Under the pieces are notes generated by a model. It did not search any database, had not been told where the DNA came from, and saw only the letters and a program-made list of their open reading frames with translations. From contig JBCCQQ010000108.1 of assembly GCA_039024555.1 (NCBI GenBank), forward strand, positions 1-10,663: a stretch of 10,663 nucleotides of DNA, read 5' to 3'. Below, in pieces: positions 1 to 7,611 of this stretch. Position numbers and translations under genes: made by a program. Source of the DNA: Cyanobacteria bacterium P01_D01_bin.156 (GTDB lineage Bacteria; Cyanobacteriota; Cyanobacteriia; Phormidesmidales; Phormidesmidaceae). Positions within the stretch are counted from its first letter, which is position 1. Every line of letters begins with the position of its first letter.

Positions 1-1292
1 GCAGAATAATCAATTTGCTGAACATAGCGGCTATTGTTACCGTCAACCGCAAGTCCCTTAAAACCATAGGTAACGATCCCTTGACTTCCATCAATAGTCT
101 CAGCAGAGACTGTTACACCGTTACCCCAATATTGAGCACCAGATTCTCCATTTAGAAATGTCTTAGACGCATTGAGTGTTACAGGTACAGTACTGATTGG
201 CTCTTCTGGCTCTGGAATTGGCGTAGGTTCTGGCTCTGAAATTGGCGTAGGTTCTGGCGCTGGAATCGGCGTAGGCTCTGGAATTGGCGTAGGTTCTGGC
301 GCTGGAATCGGCGTAGGCTCTGGAATTGGCGTAGGCTCTGGCTCTGGAATTGGCGTAGGCTCTGGCTCTGAAATTGGCGTAGGCTCAGGAGCATTTGCTA
401 ATACTCGGTCATAGCTTATGTCTACCAAGTTAAAGTCTGAGTTATTTTCACCATACCTAGCCTCCAATGGCTGTCCCTCACCGTGGCCGAAGCCAGTTGC
501 TTCAATAGAAAGTTTGGCAAACGGCGTATTCGTACTGACAACAATTGGATAAGTGCCATAGCTATTCGTAGCTTGTTGATCGTTAGGTTCAATTAAACCC
601 TCTCCAATCTTTTCACCATTAACACCATAGGCAACCCACTTACCCGTTTCATGGAAAGGATTTTCTCTGGATCCTCTTCCTTCATTGTTACCAAGCATGC
701 CAACGGTGAAACTGACATCTTTAACTAACCCGTTAAAGTCAATTTCAAGTCGCTCGCTACGATTACCACCTTCGGCGTAGAAGTCTAGTTGTCCCCAGCG
801 TCCCCCATTGACACCAAAACCATGATCGCTGAACCTATCGTCATATACGACTTGTCCAGGATTACCATCTAAGTCGTAGGCCTTGAGGGTAACTCCATCA
901 CCCCAAAGTTGAGCTCCCACCCCATTATTATTCAGCAAATCAGACCGTGCTGTCAGTGTTTGAGTATCACTAATTGAAAGACTCTGGGTAGCGACAGAAT
1001 TGATTAAGGTGTCGTCCTCAATAGCCAGCAGATCAGCCTGAAGAAGAGATTCATTACTAAATTCTATGTCTAGCGATTCATCTGAACTAGGAAAGCTAAG
1101 AGCATTGGTATTATTTTCAATGAATACCTCTAGGGGCACTGACTCATAAGTCAGCTGATTTAACGGATCAGAAAATGTATTCTCACTTAGCTGAGTTAAG
1201 AGCAGACCGTTGTCTTGCTGCTGGCCCATATCTGACAATCCTGCAGATTGAGGCAAAATTGACTGCTCATTAAAAATAGATTCAGGGGTCAT
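1..1292 (-). CDS. Partial (3' end outside window) large acidic, probably extracellular/surface protein with a tandemly repeated uncharacterised domain and Pro-rich linker
   Basis: Manual translation from ATG at 1292-1290 (in-frame TAG upstream at 1319-1317) stays open for 430 codons to the window edge: [26 protein letters not shown]...[32 protein letters not shown]...[26 protein letters not shown]...[32 protein letters not shown]...QQIDYS. It is probably missing from the ORF track because it has no stop codon in the window. Confidence 0.9.
   Translation of the reverse strand, partial: MTPESIFNEQSILPQSAGLSDMGQQQDNGLLLTQLSENTFSDPLNQLTYESVPLEVFIENNTNALSFPSSDESLDIEFSNESLLQADLLAIEDDTLINSVATQSLSISDTQTLTARSDLLNNNGVGAQLWGDGVTLKAYDLDGNPGQVVYDDRFSDHGFGVNGGRWGQLDFYAEGGNRSERLEIDFNGLVKDVSFTVGMLGNNEGRGSRENPFHETGKWVAYGVNGEKIGEGLIEPNDQQATNSYGTYPIVVSTNTPFAKLSIEATGFGHGEGQPLEARYGENNSDFNLVDISYDRVLANAPEPTPISEPEPTPIPEPEPTPIPEPTPIPAPEPTPIPEPTPIPAPEPTPISEPEPTPIPEPEEPISTVPVTLNASKTFLNGESGAQYWGNGVTVSAETIDGSQGIVTYGFKGLAVDGNNSRYVQQIDYS
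204..390 (-). repeat. Coding tandem repeat (18/24-nt units) encoding a (P)EPTPI Pro-rich linker
   Basis: The core GGCGTAGG occurs 8 times on the + strand (220, 244, 268, 286, 310, 328, 352, 376; spacings 24,24,18,24,18,24,24, all multiples of 3). The minus frame reads [63 protein letters not shown]. Confidence 0.95.
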
Positions 1293-2182
1293 AGGTTTTA
1301 GAATTTCCAGTGTTTGCTACTAAATAAATCCGCTGTGTCGTTTTCTCAACAACAGACGGCAGTCGGTAGACACTATGAACGTTGAAGAGAAGTGACTCTC
1401 TCCGCTCAAGCCAAAAAAACGAAAGAATTAGGTGGTTAATTTGATCTCTGACGAATGCCCATAATCACAAAAGCAAATGGCGAATTGGGCCCAATTGCTC
1501 TCAAACTCAACCTGTGACCACAGCAGATTCATCAGTACGTCTTCGTCAATCAGTTCACCTCTATCAGGTTTCAAGAATTTGGGTAGAAAATCCCGATGTC
1601 AAAAAATAAACGCTAGCCGAAAGAATTTCAATAAGAGGAACACTTAAAGTAAACAGCCATTCATAAGACGCATTGCATAAAGAACGCCAAGGAGATTAGA
1701 CAACTGCCTAAGATTGCAAGCCCCTTCACGTACAATTCACAATTGTCTACATGCACAATTTACAATTGCCTAAACTACGACAGGGTAGCAACTATATTGT
1801 GCCAATCGAGAAACCGCCCTCTGATATCACACGATCGCCAAATCACTTACAGAGAGGGCATTTGATTGCTTAAATATAAGCTTTACAGGTGCTCATAAAG
1901 TCTTTGCAAAGAACTTTAAAAAGGGCTAGCAGTATGGCTAGCGAAAAAATCTGGCTGTAGCAATTTCCAAATGCTATTTGCGTTCAAACTGGCCTAACCT
2001 TCAAAAAGGATTGAACATGAAATGAAAATTTCATAAAGGTTTATTTTTTTTAATTTATTTCAGCTAGACCTACGTAGAATTCTGGATATGTATTGAGAGA
2101 CATTTATCGCGTCTTGTACGTTTACAATATCTCACTTGATATTTAATACTGATTACATCATGGGTAAATAGGGGGTAGCGGA
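1293..2182. promoter_or_regulatory. Divergent promoter/leader region between the minus-strand gene and the GT operon
   Basis: About 890 bp with no convincing long ORF lies between two outward-facing starts, with AT-rich tracts at ~2010-2060. Palindromes include AATTGGGCCCAATT 1483-1496, CTTTGCAAAG 1902-1911, ATGAAA-A-TTTCAT 2022-2034 and TTGTA-N4-TACAA 2114-2127. Exact promoters were not identified. Confidence 0.6.
1732..1773 (+). repeat. Short imperfect direct repeat built from ACAATT units
   Basis: ACAATTCACAATTGTCTA (1732-1749) and ACAATTTACAATTGCCTA (1755-1772) match at 16/18 positions and are 23 nt apart. A related ACAACTGCCTAA lies at 1700-1711. Confidence 0.7.
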
Positions 2183-3451
2183 GTGAAGGTATTGCTATCA
2201 GCTTATGCTTGTGAAGCTGGTCGAGGGTCAGAACCTGGCGTTGGTTGGAATACAGCTTGGGAAGCAGCAAAGCACCATGAGGTTTGGGTATTGACCCGAC
2301 CAGATGATGGTAAGGACGCTAACGATGATTTCTTAGAGAAAAATTCCAATCCAAATTTGCACTTTGTGTATTTTACGCTGCCTATCTTTGGTGGCTTTTG
2401 GAAGTTAGGTTCAATTGCTTTTGTATTACATTACTATTTATGGCAAATTCAGGCATATTTTGTAGCAAGGCGTTTGCATAATGAAATTGGATTTGACGTA
2501 GCACACCATGTTACATTTGTTCGCTACTCTAGTCCTAGTTTTATTTCTTTACTACCTATTCCGTTTGTGTGGGGCACTGTTGGTGGTGCAGAAGAAGCGC
2601 CAAAATCCTTCTTTCAAGATTTTAGTACACGAGCAAAAATTTATGAGTTTCTTCGTTGGATAGCTCATAAGGTGGGTGAACGTGACCCCTTCGCTTGTAT
2701 GACTGCAAGACGATCAGCAGTTGTTCAAGTCACTACCGAGGATACTGCACGGCAAGTAAAAAAAATGGGTGCGCAAGAGGTAGCTATTGTTCCAGAGGCT
2801 AGCTTACCTCTTGAGGACATTGAAAGGCTTTCTCAATGTCCTCCTCCTGAAGGCGAGACTATTAAATTCATAAGCATGGGTCGCTTACTTCATTGGAAGG
2901 GATTTTATCTAGGCATTCGTGCTTTTGCCCAAGCTGACTTACCCAATGCTGAATATTGGATTTTAGGTGACGGTATTGAACGAGAGAATTTTGAACAATT
3001 GGCCCAGCATCTCAGTGTCAGCGATCGTGTCCATTTCTTTGGCAATTTATCCCGCACTAAAACGCTAGAGCGTCTCGGTCAGTCCCATGTGTTAGTACAT
3101 CCTAGTTTGCACGACTCGGGAGGATGGGTTTGTTTAGAAGGCATGGGTGCTGCTCGACCCATTCTTTGCTTAGATCTAGGTGGGCCAGGGGTGCAAGTTG
3201 ATGATGAAACAGGAATTAAGATCCCAGGACATAACCCGGAGCAAGTTGTTCAAGAGCTTGCCCTAGCTATGCGACGATTAGCTAATGATGCTGAGCTACG
3301 TCAGCGTTTAGGGGCAGCCGGACGATATAAGATGAAAACTCAGTTTAACTGGGAAGCTAAAGGTAAACAGATTTCAAGCTTGTATGAGGAATTGGGTCAT
3401 CAGACTAATCCAACAAAAGAAACTGTTCTAGCCAGTTCTCCCGTTAATTGA
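2183..3451 (+). CDS. Glycosyltransferase family 4 (GT-B fold) protein
   Basis: GTG start with a G-rich stretch (GGGGGT) upstream. The N-terminus MKVLLSAYACEAGRGSEPGVGWN is typical of a GT4 subfamily. C-terminal Glycos_transf_1 motifs are MGRLLHWKG, HPSLHDSGGWVCLEGMGAARP (D-x7-E variant of E-x7-E) and RLGAAGR...FNWE. Confidence 0.93.
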   Translation: MKVLLSAYACEAGRGSEPGVGWNTAWEAAKHHEVWVLTRPDDGKDANDDFLEKNSNPNLHFVYFTLPIFGGFWKLGSIAFVLHYYLWQIQAYFVARRLHNEIGFDVAHHVTFVRYSSPSFISLLPIPFVWGTVGGAEEAPKSFFQDFSTRAKIYEFLRWIAHKVGERDPFACMTARRSAVVQVTTEDTARQVKKMGAQEVAIVPEASLPLEDIERLSQCPPPEGETIKFISMGRLLHWKGFYLGIRAFAQADLPNAEYWILGDGIERENFEQLAQHLSVSDRVHFFGNLSRTKTLERLGQSHVLVHPSLHDSGGWVCLEGMGAARPILCLDLGGPGVQVDDETGIKIPGHNPEQVVQELALAMRRLANDAELRQRLGAAGRYKMKTQFNWEAKGKQISSLYEELGHQTNPTKETVLASSPVN

Positions 3452-3550
3452 ATAAATTGAGACTGATATCCGTCTTTAAAGGGTCAACTGTGCAATAAGA
3501 GCATTAGCATCATCAGTTATTTTTACTAACTGCTAGGTCGGAGCAAGATT

Positions 3551-4744
3551 ATGCGCGTTTTAACCATTCACAATCACTATCAGCAGCTTGGTGGCGAGGA
3601 TACTATTTTTGCTACCGAATCTGATCTTTTAGAGTCCTATGGTCATGATGTTTATCGTCATACTATTCACAATGATGACCTCGAAGATATGAGTGCTATT
3701 GATTTAGCTGCTGCTACGTTATGGAATCGGAAGTCATTTCAGAAACTCAAGTCAGTCATTGAAGAGTTTCGGCCTGACGTAGCCCATTTCCACAACACAT
3801 TTCCACTGATTTCACCGGCGGCCTACTATGCAGCTCAGGAATCAGGTGTTCCAGTTATTCAAACTCTTCACAACTATCGTCTACTATGCCCCAATGGTCT
3901 TTTCTTTCGTGATGGCCGTGTCTGTGAAGACTGTCTAGGTAAGCCAATGCCTTGGCCTGGTATTGTTCATGGATGTTATCGGGGAAGTCGAGTAGCTAGT
4001 GGTGCTGTTGCGACTATGGTTAACCTGCATTCACTCATGGGCACTTGGGCTAAAGCGGTTGATATTTTTATCGCTTACAGCCAGTTTGCTCTCGATAAGT
4101 TTATTGAGGGCGGTATACCCAAAGATAAATTTGAATTTAAAACCAATTTTCTCCATCCTGCGCCTGAAGTAGGTAAAGGTAAGGGCGGTTTCGGTCTTTT
4201 TGTAGGTCGTTTGTCAACAGAGAAAGGTCTTGACACACTGCTCGCAGCTTGGGAAAAATTACACACAAAAGTTCCTCTAAAGATTGTTGGTGCTGGTCCT
4301 CTCGCATCGGAGGTTGAAGCTGCTGCTAAACGCTTTGATAGTGTCGAGTACTTGGGCCGTCGTCCGCTTTCAGAAGTCTATGATTTGATGGGTGAAGCCA
4401 AGTTTTTTGTGTTTCCGTCAAAGTGGTACGAAACGTTTGGGCGAGTTGCGATTGAAGCCTATGCAAAGGGGACACCGATTTTGGCTTCACGGATTGGCGC
4501 TATTACTGAACTTGTTAAGCCCTACGAGACAGGACTTTTATTTGAACCAGGGGATGCTAACGACTTAGTAACCCAGGTAGAGTGGGTGCTCAATCATCCA
4601 GATGACTGGCAAAAAATCCGAAAACAGGCCAGGCAAGAGTTTGAAGCTTGTTATACTGCTTCGCTTAATTACAAGCGCTTGATGGAGATTTATCAAAAAG
4701 CGATCGCACTTAAGTCTCCTACTAAATCTCCTGCGGCGGCCTAA
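3551..4744 (+). CDS. Glycosyltransferase family 4 protein with Cys-rich insert
   Basis: Motifs MRVLTIHNHYQQLGGEDT, FRPDVAHFHN, QTLHNYRLLCP, FVGRLSTEKG and PSKWYETFGRVAIEAYAKGTPILASRIGAITE (canonical E-x7-E). Confidence 0.94.
   Translation: MRVLTIHNHYQQLGGEDTIFATESDLLESYGHDVYRHTIHNDDLEDMSAIDLAAATLWNRKSFQKLKSVIEEFRPDVAHFHNTFPLISPAAYYAAQESGVPVIQTLHNYRLLCPNGLFFRDGRVCEDCLGKPMPWPGIVHGCYRGSRVASGAVATMVNLHSLMGTWAKAVDIFIAYSQFALDKFIEGGIPKDKFEFKTNFLHPAPEVGKGKGGFGLFVGRLSTEKGLDTLLAAWEKLHTKVPLKIVGAGPLASEVEAAAKRFDSVEYLGRRPLSEVYDLMGEAKFFVFPSKWYETFGRVAIEAYAKGTPILASRIGAITELVKPYETGLLFEPGDANDLVTQVEWVLNHPDDWQKIRKQARQEFEACYTASLNYKRLMEIYQKAIALKSPTKSPAAA
4700..4707. other. HIP1 octamer GCGATCGC
   Basis: Perfect GCGATCGC at 4700-4707 and the only perfect copy I noticed, with near-matches at ~1831 and ~3021. 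It gives only weak support for a cyanobacterial origin. Confidence 0.4.
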
Positions 4745-4807
4745 GTTTATCACAATTTTATCTATTAACTCATTAGACATTTGAGTCTAACAAGTAGGCT
4801 GAATACT

Positions 4808-5779
4808 ATGGAAAACAATACTTTTGGGAAAACCGATATAGCAGTTACAAAACTTGGCCTAGGTTGTTCCCGATTGGGGGGTAACTTACAAGGTGGAAAC
4901 CGCAAACAAGCTATTGCAACCCTAGAACAGGCTCTCGATAAGGGCATTAATTTTTACGATACTGCAGACAGCTACGGTCAAGGGCAAAGCGAACGGTTGT
5001 TGGGTAAGGCCTTTAAAGGCAAGCGAGATCGAGTCATTCTGGTCAGCAAGGCAGGGTATTGTCTGTCACCTGTAGGAGCTCTAGCGGCTAAGGTAAAGCC
5101 GATTCTTAAGCCCCTTGTGCGAATGCTTAAACCTCAAAGTGGATCGCTGGCGCAAGCTAAAGGCTCACTGTTACGCCAAGATTTTTCGAAGGACTATTTG
5201 ATTAAGTCGGTAGAGGGAAGTCTACGTCGCTTACAGACTGACCACCTGGATATGTTTATGTTGCATAGTCCTCCTGCTGAAACAATTAAAACAGAGGAAG
5301 TCTTTGATACCCTCGCTATGTTAAAACAGCAAGGCAAGTTTCGTTATTATGGGATTTCCTGTGACAATCTTGAGGATGCCTTACTCAGTCTGGAAGCACC
5401 GGGTGTTTCAGCATTACAGGTAGAAATTAATTTGCTTGATCAACGGGCTGTTGTAGACCTTTTACCAGCAGCAAAAAAAGCGGGGATTGCAATCGTTGCT
5501 CGCCAGCCGTTTGCCTCAGGAAAATTGTTCATGGGTTCGGAAGATTCATCTGAACAGGCTGATATCGATCGGTTTAGAGAAATAGCTCGACAGTGCGATC
5601 TCAAGCTTTCCCATTTGGCTCTTCAGTTTGTCAACCAGCTTGAAGGTGTTTCTGTAGTACTTGCAGGTGCCAACAGCACCCAACATTTGACTGATAATAT
5701 CGCCGCTCAAAAGTCTGCTCTCCTCCCTGAGCAAATGGATACTCTATTAGCAGTCAAGACCACTGCCTCCACCCTTTAA
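4808..5779 (+). CDS. Aldo/keto reductase
   Basis: ATG 4808 is preferred over the track's TTG 4781 because MENNTFGKTDIAVTKLGLGC matches the usual AKR N-terminus. Catalytic tetrad motifs are present: GINFYDTADSYG (Asp, Tyr), ILVSKAG (Lys) and SLRRLQTDHLDMFMLHSP (His). GKFRYYGIS and ARQPFASG are also present. Confidence 0.93.
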   Translation: MENNTFGKTDIAVTKLGLGCSRLGGNLQGGNRKQAIATLEQALDKGINFYDTADSYGQGQSERLLGKAFKGKRDRVILVSKAGYCLSPVGALAAKVKPILKPLVRMLKPQSGSLAQAKGSLLRQDFSKDYLIKSVEGSLRRLQTDHLDMFMLHSPPAETIKTEEVFDTLAMLKQQGKFRYYGISCDNLEDALLSLEAPGVSALQVEINLLDQRAVVDLLPAAKKAGIAIVARQPFASGKLFMGSEDSSEQADIDRFREIARQCDLKLSHLALQFVNQLEGVSVVLAGANSTQHLTDNIAAQKSALLPEQMDTLLAVKTTASTL

Positions 5780-5797
5780 GCTAGCTGGAAAAAACCG

Positions 5798-7516
5798 ATG
5801 CTAATTGACGCCGAAACTCTTCAAGAGAATCAGGTCCTCCAGGCTGATTTTGCCGTGGTGGGTGCTGGACCAGCAGGAATTGTATTATCTCTTGAGTTAG
5901 CTAAAGCAGGCCATTCAGTTGCTTTACTTGAAAGTGGACAATTAGACTTTGCTGAAACTAATCAAGCGTTAGGAGATGCTGACCAGTTTGATCCAAATTT
6001 TCACGCCCCCATGGACGAATGTACTCGTCGTCAGTTGGGAGGGACGTCGACTATTTGGGGCGGCAGATGTGTGCCCTATGATCCCGTCGATTTTGATCGT
6101 CGAGACTATGTTGCCAATGCTGACTGGCCGGTTACCTATGACGAGTTAACCCCTTACTTTCAACGCGCTTGTGATTATTTCTTCTGTGGCAATGCCGAAT
6201 TTGATTTGCACCAGATTTCTGGGGTTGAACAAGCGTCAATCGTACCAGGTCTACCTGATGGCCATGTGCTTACGTCTGTTATAGAAAGATGGTCACTACC
6301 CACCAACTTTGGCAAGGAATATTTCAAACAGCTCCAGCAATCTGAGAAAATCAGCTTATATTACGGACTCACCTGCACCAATATTGAAACTGTTGAGGCT
6401 GGTAATCAGGTTCTCAGCCTGCAGGCCAAGACCTTAGGAGCCAAAAAACTAACTGTCAAGGCCCGTAAATATATTTTGGCAGGAGGTGCCTTGAATACAA
6501 CTCGTTTGCTGATGGCTTCTGATCAGCAACATCCTGGTGGCATTGGTAACCACAGCGGGTTACTGGGAAGGTTTTACATGGGACACCTGTCCGGTGATAT
6601 TGCGGCAATTCAGTTCACCACTCCACCTGATAAAACCATTTTTGGTTTTGACCGTGATGAGGCCAATATTTATTTACGGCGACGGTTCTCCTTTACACGG
6701 GAGTTTCAACACGAAAAAAATCTTACTAATGTTGTTTCTTGGTTAGGAGCGCCTCCCTTCGGCGATCCTGGCCATGGTAGTGGCGTTTTCTCTCTGGCCT
6801 TTCTGGCCTTAAGTTCCCCATTTGGCAAATACCTAGCCGCTAAAGCGATTCGAGACACGGCTATTGGTCAAGACAAAAAAGACTTTTACTGGAAACACAT
6901 TCATAATGTTCTAAATGATTTATTTAAGACCATTGCCTTTGCTCCCAAATTTGGTTACCAGCGCTATATTGCCAAACGTAGAATTCCTGCCCTATTTATG
7001 TACAGCGCTTCTAACGAATACCCGCTGCACTATCATGCCGAGCAGGTGCCTAATTTTGATAGCCGAATCAGTCTTTCAGATCAAACCGACGCTCTCGGTA
7101 TGCGTAAAATAAATATTGACTTACGCTACTGTGATCAAGACATCGATAGTGTTGTTCGTGCCCATCAATATTGGGATGACTATCTACGGAAACATAACTG
7201 TGGGTATCTCAAGTATTTTAATGATGATCCTGTTTCTAGCGTATGGGAACAGGCCGGTGATGGCTTTCACCAAAATGGTACTACACGCATGTCCGAGCAT
7301 GCCAGAGATGGTGTAGTCGGATCTAATTGTAACGTGCATAACTTTGACGATCTTTTTGTTGCTAGCAGCTCAATTTTCGTAACGTCTGGTCAGGCAAATT
7401 CCACATTTATGATTGTGGCTTTTGCCCTAAAACTAGCTGATTTTCTAAACAGCAAACTTGTCAAATCACCTGCTTCGTCAACCGTTAGTCCGGTTACACT
7501 TAGGAGTCAAAATTAG
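5798..7516 (+). CDS. GMC-family FAD-dependent oxidoreductase
   Basis: FAD-binding DFAVVGAGPAG...LLESG, RQLGGTSTIWGG, ILAGGALNTTRLLMAS, GRFYMGH, and a C-terminal His/Asn pair region GFHQNGTTRM...SGQANSTFMIVAFALKLAD. It starts 18 nt after the AKR stop and has no signal peptide. Confidence 0.92.
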   Translation: MLIDAETLQENQVLQADFAVVGAGPAGIVLSLELAKAGHSVALLESGQLDFAETNQALGDADQFDPNFHAPMDECTRRQLGGTSTIWGGRCVPYDPVDFDRRDYVANADWPVTYDELTPYFQRACDYFFCGNAEFDLHQISGVEQASIVPGLPDGHVLTSVIERWSLPTNFGKEYFKQLQQSEKISLYYGLTCTNIETVEAGNQVLSLQAKTLGAKKLTVKARKYILAGGALNTTRLLMASDQQHPGGIGNHSGLLGRFYMGHLSGDIAAIQFTTPPDKTIFGFDRDEANIYLRRRFSFTREFQHEKNLTNVVSWLGAPPFGDPGHGSGVFSLAFLALSSPFGKYLAAKAIRDTAIGQDKKDFYWKHIHNVLNDLFKTIAFAPKFGYQRYIAKRRIPALFMYSASNEYPLHYHAEQVPNFDSRISLSDQTDALGMRKINIDLRYCDQDIDSVVRAHQYWDDYLRKHNCGYLKYFNDDPVSSVWEQAGDGFHQNGTTRMSEHARDGVVGSNCNVHNFDDLFVASSSIFVTSGQANSTFMIVAFALKLADFLNSKLVKSPASSTVSPVTLRSQN

Positions 7517-7611
7517 TTTTCCTGAGAGTAAATCATGCAAAAGTCATGGATATCCAATCACAGAGCAATCAAATGAACGTATTCAATCAGGCGAAATCCT
7601 AGGTTTAGCCT

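Noticed and set aside
204..390. Repeat array as a possible CRISPR
   Set aside because: The units are contiguous 18/24-nt codon-phase repeats with no unique spacers, they lie inside a CDS, and no cas genes are present.
172..414. Track ORFs 172..414 (+, GSGIGV repeats) and 179..394 (-, LRQFQSQ repeats)
   Set aside because: These are shadow frames of the tandem repeat. The real frame is the long minus-strand ORF from 1292 that reads EPTPI.
1753..1802. Resemblance of TGCCTAAAC...GGTAGC to the P2 arm of a c-di-GMP-I riboswitch
   Set aside because: The required upstream GNRA-tetraloop stem and conserved junction (GGCAAAC...GAAA...GACGCAAA) are absent. An Rfam scan would settle it.
2114..2127. TGTA...TACA as an NtcA site
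   Set aside because: The spacing is GTA-N4-TAC, not GTA-N8-TAC.
3505..3535. Hairpin CAGTTA-N7-TAACTG between the two GT genes as a terminator
   Set aside because: The stem is short and AT-rich with no following U-tract, which is too weak to call.
4781..4807. TTG start for the AKR given in the ORF track
   Set aside because: ATG 4808 gives the typical AKR N-terminus, and the extra 9 residues add nothing recognisable.
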